Source: the human T2T-CHM13v2.0 reference genome, Homo sapiens
DNA length: 64,000 nucleotides
NCBI RefSeq assembly: GCF_009914755.1
Contig: NC_060932.1
Direction: 5' to 3' (one strand)
Translations under genes and position numbers: made by a program
Notes under the pieces: generated by a model
Seen by the model: the letters and a program-made list of their open reading frames with translations, nothing else
Databases searched by the model: none
Told to the model about the DNA's origin: nothing
Shown: one piece after another, positions 14,028-27,749 of the stretch
Layout: each line of letters starts with the position of its first letter
Numbering within the stretch: the stretch's first letter is position 1

Positions 14028-14642
14028 TGTGGTAGGTAGAATCCTAAAGTGACTCCCAAAATTTTTCTGGTGTAGACAAACCTTGGATAATTCCCTCCCT
14101 TTGAGTTGGGGTAGAACCAGTGAATATATGATTGAATATCAATCCTGTGATTAGCTTATATAGTAAAGGTCAAGGAATTTTGAAGATGTAGTTAAGGTCT
14201 ACAATCAGTCAGTTTTGAGTTAATCAAAAGGGAGGTCGCTCTGAGTGCACCTGAACTAATCATGTGAGCCCTTAAAAGACAGGAAATGTCAGCAAGATTC
14301 TCCTGTGGGTTTAGAGGAAGAAAGCTGCTGTGTTCTGAGGTGCCATGTGACTAGGACCTGTAAGGAACTTCTAAGAGCCAAGAGCAATCCCTAGCAGACA
14401 GCTAGTAAACCTACAACTGCAAAAAACTGAACTACTAACAACCAGTGACCTCTGAAGGGGATTTAAACCTCAGATGACACTGCAGCCCCAGCCAGTATTT
14501 TGATCTCAGCATAGAGAAAATATGCAGAGAAAACCTGTATGCCTTGCTGAACTAACTACTGAGTCCATGACAATAAATGGGTGTTGTTTTAAGCTGCCGA
14601 ATCTTTTCTAATTTTTTACAGAGAAATAAAAAATCCAATATA
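14028..14642 (+). mobile_element. MLT1-family (ERVL-MaLR) solo LTR
   Basis: Starts tgtggtagg; typical 3' motifs ataaatgggtgttgttttaagc and aaatccaatata. Confidence 0.7.
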
Positions 14643-15110
14643 ATGAAGGAAAAAATAGATAAATACATAGGTTGCTAATTTTGGTCCCTTAAATTTAGAC
14701 TACCTGAAGATACAACGAAGTTTCTTCTCATTGAAGAAATTTTCTTGATTTTGTTATAGACTTGGTTTTTTATGAGTTCACACTCAGAATCTAGAAGAAT
14801 GGTATAGTTTTCTTGGTTTATATCTCTATTGCTTTCTTTCACAGAGCCCTCTTCTAGTTGACACTTCTATACCATCTCCCTTCCACCTATATTATCTTTT
14901 ATGATGGAAATTGATGAAAATGAAGCAAAAGGAGCAATAACAGTGGGCATTGCCTTTCACTTTACTTTTTATTCTTTCCTTACAACCTCACTAGGAAAAA
15001 TGTTTCAATTAGATATTAATGGAGAGATAAAGGGAATATTATATGAAGAAATGGAGGAAGATGAAAAACCAATAAACATTTTAATCCAAATGTATTTCTA
15101 ACTTTAACAG

Positions 15111-15219
15111 GTTCAAGAAATGCTCCATTTGCCTGCTATGAAGAAATACAATCTCAATCAGACAGATTTGGGAACTGTGGTAGGGATAGAAATAACAAAT
15201 ATGTGTTCTGTGGATGGAG
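15111..15219 (+). CDS. ADAM32: ADAM32 coding exon, Cys-rich domain (GSRNAPFACYEEIQSQSDRFGNCGRDRNNKYVFCGWR)
   Basis: ttaacag acceptor, gtatgc donor at 15220; 109 nt, phase 1-2; DRFGNCG motif typical of ADAM Cys-rich domains. Confidence 0.95.
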
Positions 15220-15619
15220 GTATGCTCTACAAATATAAATGATACTTTTCTTATATTCTATTAGATTTTTAAAAACTTTGCCCCCTTCTGTGTCATTCAT
15301 TCCAGTGGTTTAAAGTATTACATGTGCATAGGAGTGAACCTCAAATCAAAATCCCCAGCCCTGACACCTCTTTTGTGCTGCAGGCTAAAATTTCATCTTA
15401 TTTCTAAACATTTATACGTGAATGGCCATTATGTTTCTAAATCCAATCCAAAGTTGAAATTCATAATACCCACTGTACCTTTCCCGCTCATTTTTCCTTT
15501 CCATCCCACTTGGTTACTTGCCTAAGAGGAAGACTGCTCAGTGTCTATAAAATGCAGTTCAATTCCTCCTGAATCTGAAGAGCCAGGTTTTTGATATTTT
15601 GATCATGAGTTTATTTTTA

Positions 15620-16110
15620 CAAAACATCTCTTAGGACCCTACTATATGCCAGACACTGGGCTAAATCCTAGTTAGCAAATCATACTCATACACTCATGGA
15701 ATTTGTAGACTCATAAACATACCATAAAGTTGTATGCTTCCTTGACTTGCTTATGCTGTTACTTTTGTTTAGAAATACTTCACTGTTTCTGTTGAAAGCT
15801 TACTAATTTGTGAGCTTTGACTCAGATGGTGTCTCCTCTATGAAGTTTTTCTTAACTGTGAAGTTAGAATGTGTCCTCTAACCTCACAGTTAAGGAAAAC
15901 TTCACAGAGCTTTTAAGAGAATCTTAAACCTCTGTAATGATTTATTTCACTTGTAACATTTTTAATGGAATTTGAATCATATTAATATCATAAACCATAG
16001 TAAGAGTATTAGACTGTAAAGTCCTTAGAGTGTAGGGGTTACAACTTTTTCATCTTTCTTTCCTTCTATGGGGTGATATAAAATGCTGTAGTGAATTGAT
16101 TATTTGACAG
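15620..16110. mobile_element. Degenerate L2 fragments
   Basis: L2 3'-end motifs: ctactatatgccagacactgggcta, ctcatggaatttgtagact, tattagactgtaaagtccttagag. Confidence 0.55.
15836..15909. repeat. Inverted repeat, 33-bp arms with an 8-nt loop
   Basis: 15836-15868 versus the reverse complement of 15877-15909: 30/33 identical. Confidence 0.95.
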
Positions 16111-16151
16111 TAAATATATAATCTGCCCAGTAAGTAACAGATCTCTAGTAT

Positions 16152-16781
16152 TGTTACCAGAAAGGGGTCTGAATACGGACCCCAAGAGAGGGTTCTTGGA
16201 TCTTGTGGAAGAGAGAATTTGAGGCAAATCCATACAGTAAAGTGAAAGCAAATTTATTAAGAAAGTAAAGGAATAAAAGAATGACTGCTCAACAGGCAAA
16301 GCAGCAGCATGGACTGCTCAGCTGCTTACACTTATTGTTACTTCTTTATTATATGCCAAGCAAGAGGTGTCTTATTCATGAGTTTTCCAGGAAAGGAGTG
16401 GGCAATTCCCAGAACTGAGGGTTCTTCTCCTTTGTAGACCATATCGGGTAACTTCTTGATGTTGCTGTGGCATTTGTAAACTGTCATGGTGCTGGTGGGA
16501 GTATCTTTTAGCATGCTAATGCATTATAATTAGAGTATAATGAGCAATGAGGATGACCAGAGGTCACTTTCATCGCCATCTTGGTTTTGGTAAAATTTGA
16601 CTGGCCTCTTTATCTTAATGCTGTTTTATCAGCTTATGACCTGTATCTTATGCCGATCTCCTGTCTCATCCTGTGACTAAGAATGCCGTAACCTCCTGGG
16701 AATGCAGCCCAGTAGGTCTTAGCTTTGTTTTACCTAGCCTCTATTCAAGATAGAGTCATTCTTGTTCAAATGCCTCTGATA
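16152..16781 (-). mobile_element. MER41B-like ERV1 solo LTR
   Basis: Minus strand matches the recalled MER41B consensus (t.tcagaggcatttgaac...gctgcattcccag...accaagatggcga...aagaaccctctcttgggg...tggtaaca); 4-bp TSD gtat/gtac. Confidence 0.85.
16385..16414. promoter_or_regulatory. Tandem GAS (STAT1) motifs inside MER41B
   Basis: TTCCAGGAA at 16385-16393 and TTCCCAGAA at 16406-16414, both fitting TTCN3GAA; activity not shown by sequence. Confidence 0.6.
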
Positions 16782-16982
16782 GTACCTTTGAAAGTTAAGC
16801 TAGGATCAATGGATTTATACTTTTTTTACTTTTTACTTTGTTACCGTGAAAACATTAACGTTTTCTGTAAGTACATTGCCGTAAGTGGAAAACCATTCTT
16901 TTTGCATCACAGAAAGCAAATCCAAAGCATTCCTAATAAATTCCTAATGTATAATAATCATATATATTTTTTATGTTTTCAG

Positions 16983-17166
16983 GAATCTTATATGTGGAAG
17001 ATTAGTTTGTACCTACCCTACTCGAAAGCCTTTCCATCAAGAAAATGGTGATGTGATTTATGCTTTCGTACGAGATTCTGTATGCATAACCGTAGACTAC
17101 AAATTGCCTCGAACAGTTCCAGATCCACTGGCTGTCAAAAATGGCTCTCAGTGTGATATTGGGAGG
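16983..17166 (+). CDS. ADAM32: ADAM32 coding exon, Cys-rich domain (NLICGRLVCTYPTRKPFHQENGDVIYAFVRDSVCITVDYKLPRTVPDPLAVKNGSQCDIGR)
   Basis: ttttcag acceptor, gtaaat donor at 17167; 184 nt, phase 2-0; CG.L.C and V..G..C..G motifs. Confidence 0.95.
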
Positions 17167-17589
17167 GTAAATAATTTAAAATCTATTTAAAAAATATAGT
17201 TTTATTTATTGTTTTCATCTTTTTATTTAAGTATCAAATTTTAATTTAGTGCTAGTATTAGGTAATCTTAAATGTTTGGAGGCAAAATGAATGATCTTAA
17301 ATTAGTCTCCAAATAGTAAGAGGGAAATGGGAACATCGCACCCCACCCCCTCCCACCCCCCATTAGAATTTCAGTGTTCTGAGCAAGGAAACTCCAAATA
17401 TTTGGAGCTTTCCTTGGGAGAGAGTCTTGGGAATATATTGTAGTTAAGAACCTCATAGCATGGGAACTTGCTTTTCTTCTGGGAGAAGAAAGAAGAAATC
17501 TCACTTAGTAACATAAATCTCTTTGTGGCCCCATGAATAACAGCACAACTTAGATCAGGCTGCTTAGATAGAATCAAATATTGTTTAAC

Positions 17590-17760
17590 ATTTTGCAAGT
17601 TATCTAGCTAGTCTGAGATATCTCAACTGTACATAAAGTAGGGATAATAATAGCATTTACTCTACAGGGTATTGTGAAGATTAAATGAGATAATATTATA
17701 AGTGCTTAGCACAATGCCCAGAACATAGTAATAACTAAATACAGTTTGGCTATTATTGCC
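17590..17760 (+). mobile_element. MIR SINE fragment
   Basis: MIR core and 3' motifs: gggataataatagcatttac..gtgaagattaaatgagataat..gtgcttagcacaatgcc. Confidence 0.75.
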
Positions 17761-17844
17761 GATTGTTATCATTATAATTTGTCATCTTTGAAACCAACCC
17801 AAATCTGGAGAAGATAGAGCAAATAAATTTAACATCTCATTTAG

Positions 17845-18200
17845 AGGGAATAACACAGCAAAGGTTCCTGCTTAGGCATTGGAAGTAGAACACAACATCC
17901 AAATAGCTCAAGCCAGCCAGAGATAAGAACTTAAAGGCATTTCTCCTTCCTGGGGGACTGGGCTCTCAACTTTCCCCATGCTTTTCTTAAGTGGACCATT
18001 CAGGAGTTTGTCTGCAAACCTAAAGCAATCCATACCCTATTCTTCCATATATGTGTATACTGTTACTTCTTTCTCTCCTTCCCCCCGCCCCTCTCTGTCT
18101 GACTCTTCATTCCTGTGTCCTGTGACCTGGGGATGGAGGACTGCCCTCCTGGTACAATGTGCTCTCCCTGCCCAGGATCTGTAAATAATAAATCTTTGGA
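17845..18200 (+). mobile_element. Probable old LTR (family uncertain)
   Basis: LTR-like composition, ending in ggatctgtaaataataaatctttg (polyA-signal region). Confidence 0.4.
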
Positions 18201-18289
18201 TATATGAAATAAATAAATAAATATTTAGAAATTAAAATAAAATCTTATTTAATTCCTGACCAGATCTTTGCTCATAGGGAAATATAAAA

Positions 18290-18500
18290 AGTGTAAAGTG
18301 TAGGCTTTAAAGATAGATGTTCATAGATTTGAATTCTGACTCTGCCACTTACTTGATAGATGATCTTTAAGAAATAATTTAATATTATTAAGCCTTGGTA
18401 TCCTTAGATATGAAATGTATATTTCAATAGCCACTTTTAGTGGTTTTATAGTATAAATAAAGCTTACTGTAGGTAAAGTATATAGACTCATTAATATTGA
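18290..18500 (+). mobile_element. MIR SINE fragment
   Basis: tttgaattctgactctgccacttact 5' MIR motif followed by a degenerate core. Confidence 0.6.
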
Positions 18501-19569
18501 TTTATTTTTATGCATTCGAGTCATAAGTGCCATCTTGATGGAGGTTTGGGCCAGGGAGCTCAGTGGATATATTTAGGTCATGGAGCAGAAAAGAAAAAGC
18601 CTAAAAAATGCAACACAACCAATAAAGTCTTTGAGATGATTTGATAAGTAATTTAATAAGAATATAATCTTTTTAATAACCCAGACAATTCTTCTCAGAA
18701 ATAATGTGTAAAAACAAATTTTACTGGGTAGTTTTTAATGATAGTATAAATTATATATGATGAAACATTCTTAGTATTGTTTCTGTAAGTTAGTGTCCTT
18801 ATTCAGTGGGGAATCTATCTCAATTTCAACTGAGCCAGGCAGACAGTAGATACTATATTCCAAAAAGACTTGTTAGACACATCATCATGGTCAAGGACCA
18901 GCGAGAAGACTCAACATATTAAAAGTTTAAAAGGGTTAGATTGTTTGTATTTAGAAGAGGTTTATGATGCCATTTATCTGAAGAAGGTTATGCTGTGCTT
19001 TAATGTTTAACAGGAAATGATTTTCACATATGTCATCTCATTTTAAACTAAAAACAAGCTCTAATGTTACTTGCTTTTTCTAAAATAACATTTTTTAAAA
19101 AAGTATTATTGTACTCGTGTAAAAACTGCAACTTAAGGAAATTGAGATTGCCATAAATAATGGAGTTGGGAATATATCTTCAGCCCTCTGATTATTATAC
19201 TTTAAAGTTAGAAGAATTATGTCAGAATTTTTTATACGTTCCATAATATAATGATAGACAACTCTGGTACATTTTAACAAAAATTTCTATTATCTTCATT
19301 AAATACTTATGAGACTCTAATGATAGTTCATATTTTATGAAAACAATATATGCCATTATTATATGGAGTTAATTTTTTACTATGTAAAACTTTTGTATGT
19401 GCAATTAATACAAGATATTCTTTGAACTGTGTACTCAGGGATAGTCTTGTTAGATTTCATGGTGTTATAATGAAAAGTGGTTCTTTGATAATAATTATTT
19501 ATTTAATAGCCAATCTTATTTTATTGATATCCTCCACTTTTCTGCCCTGAATCATTAAAAAAATTATTT

Positions 19570-19909
19570 TAAAAAATATACTTTACATTTTAGTGCCATT
19601 TTAGGTTCACAGCAAAAATTGAGTGAAAAATACAAAAAAGTATTCATATACTCTTTATCCCCTACTCCCCCACAAAACCTGTACCACTGTGCATAACCTA
19701 CATCAGCGTGGTACATTTGTAATAATTGATGAGCTTATATTGACACATCATTATCACCCAAAATTCATAGTTTACATTATGGTTACCTGGAAAATCCCCA
19801 TACTCTTTGAGGCTAAATAACACATGGGTCAAAGAAAAATTCTCAAGAAAAAAATTAAAATATTTTGAACTAAGTGAAAATGAAAATATAACTTATCAAA
19901 ACTTGTGGA
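19570..19909. mobile_element. Old L1 pieces: antisense 3' end (19570-19785) and sense ORF2 fragment (19786-19909) that resumes at 29028-29076
   Basis: taggttcacagcaaaa..cacatcattatcacccaaa 3' motif; LNNTWVKE..YFELSENENITYQNLW ORF2p translation. Confidence 0.7.
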
Positions 19910-22900
19910 GGACACAGGGAGAAAAATGGCAGATAGGAGGCAGGACTTACTTGCAGCTCCCACTTGGATGGACAGCGTGTGGAGACTCACATTATGAACT
20001 TTTGCTGCAAGAACCACTGCAGGAACATAACAAGAAAACTTAAAGAATTCACAGACCCTTCAAAAGAAGCAGCTTGCCACTACAAACTTCGTGAAACACC
20101 CATAAAACTGTAAATGCCCAATATGTGAGTGGGGGAAAGTCTGGCTCTGGACACACATCCTTACTGGAGAACCTGAAAATCCAGATCACAGGAGAATAAT
20201 TTAACCTTACCTAGAGCTGAAATGAATTTAGAGAGCCGAGCAAACCATAAAAGTAGAAGAAGCAGCGGGAAGAGCCTTGTAGGCACTCCCAGTTCTCAGG
20301 GAAGCCCTGGGAAGCGATTTCTGATTTAATCTGACAGCAGTGCCTGGGGAGGACAGCCAGTGGAATTGGGGAAGGGCCACAAGGATAAGGAGACTTCCAG
20401 CTCAACCTTGTAAAAATTTTGACTTAGTGTGAATTTTCCTGGGCAGATGTGGTGGGGTGAACAAGAAGTGCAAATATGAGCACAGAAGCCATGGCAGGCA
20501 GGTAGAAGCAAGGCCTGAGAGCTCTGCTTGCTTTCTCAGTGGGGAGGCTTGTATCCTGGAGCAAGATCTCAGCCCTGTGCACCAGAGGCCTGGATATACA
20601 CTGGGCTGTGTTGGCTGCTTGGGGAGCATGGTGGGAGTGACACTGGCCTTACTGGCTGCATAGGAGCTGGGTGAGACCTGTCACTGCCGGCTTTCCCCCA
20701 CTTCCCTGGTGACCTGTATGAAGCAGCAGAGGCAGCCATGATCCCCCTTGGAAGGTAACTCCATTGACCTGAGAACCACCTCCCCCAATCCACCACAACG
20801 GCCATAGCAAGCCCTACCCAAGGAGAGTTTGAGCTCAGACATGCCCAACTCTGCCCTCATCTGATGGTCTTTCTCTACCTGCCCTGGTAGCTGAAGACAA
20901 AAATGACAGTAACTCATGGGAGCTCTAGGGCCCACCCATCACCTGAAAAACTTGAATACTTACCTGGGTGACCTTAGGGCAAGCTTGTATTCCCCCTATA
21001 CTACTACAGCTGATGCTCTCTTGAAAGTGCTGTCTCTTGGCTGGAGGCCAGCCAACTCAAGCCATTACAGCAGTTCATAACAGAACAACCCTGCTCCAAG
21101 GAAGGAAAAAACAACAGCTAATTCCACTGCCTACAACATTCTGGCTAACCAGAGGTCCTGAATCTGTCCACATAACAACTTCATTGCTAGCATAACCAGT
21201 CTTGAAGGAAACCAGTGCACTAAACAAGACTATAACCAAGGACTCTCACAGAATCTACTTCACTCCCCTGCTACTTCCACCAGAGCAGGTGCTAGTATCA
21301 ATGGCTGAGAGACCTAAAGATGGACCACATCACAGGATTCTTTGCAAACATTCCCAAGTACCAACTGAAAGTCCAGTAGCTCCACTGCGTGGCTAGACCC
21401 AGAAGAGCAGTAATGATCACTGTGGTCTGGCTCTCAGGAAGCCCTATCCCTAAGGGAAGGGATAGAGCACAACATCAAGGGATTACCCTGTGGGACAAAA
21501 GAGTCTGAACAGCAGCACTTGATTCCCAGATCTTTCCTCTAACATAGTCTACCCAAATGAGAAGGAACCAGAAAAACAATTCTGGTAATATGACAAAAAC
21601 ATGGTTCTATAACACTCCCAAAAGATCACACTAGCTTACCAGCAGTGGATCCAAACGAAGGAGAAATTTCTGAACTGTCAGAAAAAGAATTCAGAAATTT
21701 GATTATTAAGCTACTCAAGGAGGCACCAGAGAAAGGTGAAAAACTACCTAAAGAAATTTTTTAAAGTACAGAATATGGACAAAAAATCTCCAGAGAAATA
21801 GAGATCAGAAATAAAAGAAATCATAACTTATGGAAATAAAAGACTTAGAGAAATGCAAAATACACTGGAAAGTTTCAACAATAGAATTGAACAAGTAGAA
21901 GAATTTAAGAGCTTTAACACAAGGCTTTGGAATGAACCCAATCTGACACAGACAAAAAAAATAAAAAATAAAAAAATGAACAAAGCCTCCATGAAGTTTG
22001 GGATTATGTTAAATAACCAAACTAAGAATAATTTGTATTCCTGAGGAAGAATAGAAATCCTAAAGTTTGGAAAACTTATTTGAGGGAATAATCAAGGAGA
22101 ACTTCCCTGGCCTTGCTAGAGATCTCGACTTCCAAATACAAGAACCTTGAAGAATACCTGGAAAATTTATCACAAGAAGATCATCATCTAGGCACATGGT
22201 CATCAGGTTATTTAAAGTAAAGATGAAGGAAAGAAGCTTAAGAGCTGGGGGCAAAAGCACCAGGTAATGTATAAAGGAAAACCTATCAGATTAACAGCAG
22301 ATTTCTCAGCAGAAACTCTACGAGCTAGAAGGGATGGGGATCCTATCTTTAGTCTCTTTAAACAAAACAATTATCAGCTAGGAATTTTGTGTGCAGTGAA
22401 ACTAAGCTTCATAAATGAGGGAAAGATAAAGTCTTTTTCAGACTAACAAAAGCTGAGAAAATTTGCTACTACCAAACCAGCACTACAAAAACTGCTAAAA
22501 AGAGTTCTAAATCTTGAAACAAAACCTTGAAATACACCAAAATAGAACCTCTTTAAAGCATAAATTTCACAGGGTCTCTAAAAACAACAACACAATGAAA
22601 AAATAATCAAGATATTCAGGAAACAACCAGCATGATAAATAGAATAGTACCTCACATCTCAATACTAACATTGAAAATAAATGGCCTAAATTCTTCACTT
22701 AAAAGATTCAGAATGGCAGAATGTATAATAATTCACCAAACAGGTATCTGCTGTCTTTAAAAGACTCACCTAACACATAAGGATTCACATAAACTTAAGG
22801 TAAAGGGGTGGAAAAAGATATTACATGCAAATGGACATGTAAAGTGAGCAGGAGTAGCTATTCTTATATTAGACAAAACAGATTTTAAAGCAAAAACACT

Positions 22901-23594
22901 TAAAAAAGACAAAGAGGGGCATTATATAATGATAAAGGGACTAGTCCAATAGGAAAAAAATCACAATTGTAAATACATATACACCTAACACTAGAGCTCC
23001 CAAATTTATAAAACAATTCTTGATAGACGTAAGAAATGAGATAGATGGCAACACAATAATAGTGGGGATTTCAATACTTCGTGACAGCACCGGACAGGTC
23101 ATCAAGACAGAAGGTCAACAAAGAAACACAGTACTTAAATTATACCCTAGAACAAATAGACTTAACAGGTATTTACAGAACATTCTGCCCCAAAATGCAG
23201 AATATGTATTTCTATTCATCAGCACATGGAACATATTCCAAGACTGATCATATGATAGACCACAAAATAAGCCTCAATAAACTTAAGAAAATTGAAATCA
23301 TGTCAAGTACTCTCTCAGACCACAGCGGAATAAAATTGGAAATAACTCCAAAAGAAACCCTCAAAACCATCCAAATACATGGAAATTAAGTAGTCTGCTC
23401 CTGAATGATCTTTTAGTAAACAGTGAAATCAATAGAAACTAAAAACTTCTTTGAACTGAATGATAATAGTGACACAACCCATCCAATCCTCTGAGATACA
23501 GCAAAAGCCGTGCTAAAAGGAAAGTTTATAGCATTAAATGCCTACATCGAAAAGTCTGAAAGAGAAAAAATAGACAACCTAAGGTCATTGTCAT

Positions 23595-25798
23595 TGTATT
23601 AGTCTGCTTTCATGTTGCTCATAGACATACCTGAGACTGGGCAATTTACAAAAGAAAGAGGTTTAATGAACTTAAAATTCCATGTGGTTGGGGAGGCCTC
23701 ACAATCATGGCAGAAGGTGAAAGGCATGTCTCACATGGAGGCAGACAGGAGAAGAGAGCTTGTGCAGGGAAACTCCCCTTTTTAAAACCATCAGATCTTG
23801 TGAGACTTATTCACTGTCATGAGAACAGCACAGGAAAGATCTGCCCTCATGGTTCAATTACCTTCCAACACATGGGAATTCAAGATGAGATTTGGGTGGG
23901 GACAGAGCCTAACCATATCATTCAGCCCAAATCTCATGTCCTCACATTTCAAAACCAATCATGCCTTCCTAACAGTCCCCCAAAGTCTTAACTCATTTCA
24001 ACATAAACTCAAAAGTCTATAATCCAAAATCTTATCCAAGACAAGGCAAGTCCCTTCCACCTATAAAATCAGAAGCAAGTTAGTTACTTCCTAGATACAA
24101 TAGGGGTATAGGTATTGATAAATACAGCCATTCCAAATGGGAGAAATTGGCCAAAACAAAGGGGCTACAGGTCCCATGCAAGTCCAAAATCCAGCAGGGC
24201 AGTGAAATCTTAAAGCTCCAAAATGATCTCCTTTGACTCCATGTCTCACATCCAGGTCATGCTGATGCAAGAGGTGGGCTCCCACAGCCTTGAGCAGCTC
24301 TGCACCTGTGACTTTGCAGGGTATAGCCTCCTGGCTGCTTTCACAGGCTGGCACTGAATGTCTGCAGCTTTTCCAGGCAAACAGTGCAAGCTGTAGGTGG
24401 ATCTACCATTCTGGGGTCTGGAGGATGGTGGCCCTCTTCTCATGACTACACTAGGCAGTGCCCCAGTAGGGACTCTGTGTGGGGGCTCCAACCTCACATT
24501 TCCCTTCCACACTGCTCTAGCAGAGGTTCTCCATGAGGGCTCCGCTCCTGCAGCAAACTTCTGCCTGGACACTCATACATCCTTTGAAATCTAGGCAGAG
24601 GTTCCCAAATCTTGACTCTTGGCTTCTGTGCATCCACAGCCTCAACAACACATGGAAGCTGCCAAGGCTTGGGCTTCCACCCTCTGAAGCCACAGCCTGA
24701 GCTGTACCTTGGTCCCTTTCAGTCACAGCTTGAGTGGCTGGATGCAGGGCACCAAGTCCCTAAACTGCACACAGCAGAGGGACCGTGGGCCTGGCCCACA
24801 AAGTCATTTTTTCCCTCCTAAACCTCCAGGCCTCTGACTGGAGAGGCTGCCACCAAGGCCTCTGACATGCCCTGGAGACAATTTCCCCATTGTCTTGGTG
24901 ATTAACATTTGGGTCCCCATTACTCATGTAAGTTTCTGTAGCTGGCTTGAATTTCTTTTCAGCAAGTGGGATTTTCTTTTCTATTGTGCTATCAGGCTGC
25001 AAGTTTTCCAAACTTTTGTGATCTGTTTCCCTTTTAAAACTGAATGCCTTTAATAGCACCCAAGTCACCTCTTGAATGCTTTGCTGCTTAGAAATTTCTT
25101 CCACCAGATACTCTAAATCATCTCTCTCAAGTTCAAAATTCCACAAATCTCTAGGGCATGGACAAAATGCTGCCAGTCTCTGCTAAAACATAGTAAGAGC
25201 CACATTTGCTCCAGTTCCCAACAAGTTCCTGATCTCCATCTGAGACCACCTCAGCCTGGATTGTGTTGTTCATATCGTTATCAGCATTTTGGTCCAAACC
25301 ATTTGACAAGCCTCTAGGATGTTCCAAACTTTCCCACATGTTTCTATTTTCTTCTGAGCCCTCCAAACTGTTCCAACCTCTGCCTGTTACCCAGTTCCAA
25401 AGTCACTTTCACATTTTTGGGTTTCTTTTCAGCAGCACCCCACTCTACTGGTACCAATTTACTGTATTAGTTTTTTTCATGCTGCTGATAAAGACATACC
25501 TGAGACTGGGCAATTTGCAAAAGAAAGAAGTTTAATGGACTTACAGTTCCACATGGCTGGGAAAGCCTCACAATCATGGTGGAAGGTGAAAGATACATAT
25601 TAGCAGACAAGAGAAGAGAGCTTGTGCAGTGAATCTCCCTTTTAGAAAACCATCAGATCTCATGAGATTTATTCCCTATCACAGGAAGAGCACAGGAAAG
25701 ACCTGCCTCCATGATTCAATTACCTCCCACTGGTTACCTCTCACAATATGTGGGAATTCAGAATGAAATTTGGCTGGGAACACAGCCAAACCATAACA
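23595..25798 (-). mobile_element. Complete THE1A-like MaLR element (LTR 23595-23920, internal region, LTR 25463-25798) nested in the L1
   Basis: Two direct LTRs (tgtattag...ccatatca / ccataaca), ~1.54-kb internal region, 5-bp TSD gtcat (23590-23594 / 25799-25803). Confidence 0.9.
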
Positions 25799-27749
25799 GT
25801 CATACCTCAAGGAACTAGAGAAACAGGAACAAACTAAACCCAAATCCAGCAGAAGAAAATAAGTAACAAAGATCAGAGCAGAAGTAAATAAAATGGATAC
25901 AATCAAAGGAAAAATAGATGAAACAAAAGCTGGTTCTTTGAAAAGATAAACAAAACGGATAGACCATTAGTGATATTAACCAAGAAAAGAAGAGAAAGTT
26001 CTAAATAAGCTCAATTAGAAATGAAATGGGAGATATTACAACCTATAGCATAGAAACACAAAAGATCATTGAAGGCTACTATGAACACCTTTATGAACAC
26101 AAAATAGATAAACTAGGGGAGATAAATAAATTCCTGGAAATATACAACCCTCCTAAATAAAATCAGGAAGAAATAGAAACTCTGAACAGACTAATAACAA
26201 GCAGTGAGATTGAAATGGTAATAAAAACCATTACCAATGAAAAAAAGTCCAGAATTGGATGGATTCATACCTGAATTCTGTCAGAGATTAATAAAAGAAC
26301 TGGTACCAATCCTACTGAAAATATTTCAAAAGATAGAGAAAGAGGGAATTTTTCCTAAATTGTTCTATGAAACCAATATCACCCTAATATCAAAACCAGG
26401 AAACGAAAGAACAAAAAAGGAAAACTACAGACCAATATCTCTGGTAAACAAAAATGCAAATTTTCTCAACTAAATACTAGCTAACTGAATGCAACAGCAT
26501 ATCAAAAAGATATTCCACCATGATCAAGTTGGTATCATACCAGAGATGCAAGTTTAGCATATACAACTAAATAAATGTAATACAACACATAAGCAGAATT
26601 TAAAACAAAAATCAGATGATCATTTCAATAGACACAGAAAAAGCATTTGACAAAATCCAACATCGCTTTATGATTAAAACCCTCAGAAAAATTGGCATAG
26701 AAGGGACATACCTTAAGGTAATAAAGGCTGTATATGCCAAAGCCGCAGACAACATTGTACTGAATAGGGAAAAGTTGAAAGCATTTTCCCTGAGAACAGG
26801 AAGAAGATAAGGATGCCCATTTTCATCACTTCTATTCAACATAGTACTGGAGGTCCTAGCCAGAGCAATCAAACAAGAGAAAGAAAGAAAGAAAGAGTAT
26901 TCAAATTGATGATGAGGAAGTCAAACTGTCACTGCTTGCCAATGATATGATCATATACCTTGGAAACCCTAAAGACTCATCAAAAAAGCTCCGAGATTAG
27001 ATAAATGAATTCAGTAAAGTTTCAGGATACAAAAGTAATGTACACAAATCAGTAGCATTGCTATACACCAACAGTGGCCAAGCTGAGAATCAAATCAAGA
27101 ATTCAACCCCTTTTATGGTAGGTGCAACAAAACCCCCCAATATACTTAGGAATATACCTAACAAAGGAAAACTGTGAAACATTGCTGAAAGAAATTATAG
27201 ATGACACAAACAAATGAAAACACATACCATGCTCATGGATGGGTAGAATCAATATTGTGGAAATGACAATACTGTCAAAAGCAATATATAAATTCAATAT
27301 AATTCCCATCAAAATACCATCATCATTCTTCACAGAACTGGAAAAAACGATCCTAAAATTCATATGGAACCAAAAAAGAGCTGCATGGGCAAAGAAAGGC
27401 TAAGCAAAAAAACAAAAACAAAACAAAATAAGAAAACCCAAAAAACAAATCTGGAAGCATCACATTACCTGACTTCAAACTATGCTACCAGGCTATAATC
27501 ACCAGAACAGCATGGTACCACTATAAAAATAGACACATAGACCAATGGAACAGAATAGAGCTCCCAGAAATAAAGCCAAGTATTTACAGTCAACTGATCT
27601 TTGACAAAGCAAACAAAAACATAAAGTGGGGAAAGGACACCCTATTCGACAAATGGTGGTGGGATAACTGGCAAGCCACATGTAGAAAAATGAAACTGGA
27701 TCCTCATCTCTCACCTTATACAAATATCAACTCAAGATGTGTCAAAGAC

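Noticed and set aside
14901-15101. 66-aa ORF (..FQLDINGEIKGILYEE..) with faint cadherin-like flavour just upstream of an exon
   Set aside because: Too short, lacks diagnostic motifs, and ends in a stop at the branch region; cannot be supported without a search.
24091-25366. Cluster of minus-strand ORFs up to 128 aa
   Set aside because: Broken remnants of the THE1 internal ORF, fragmented by frameshifts.
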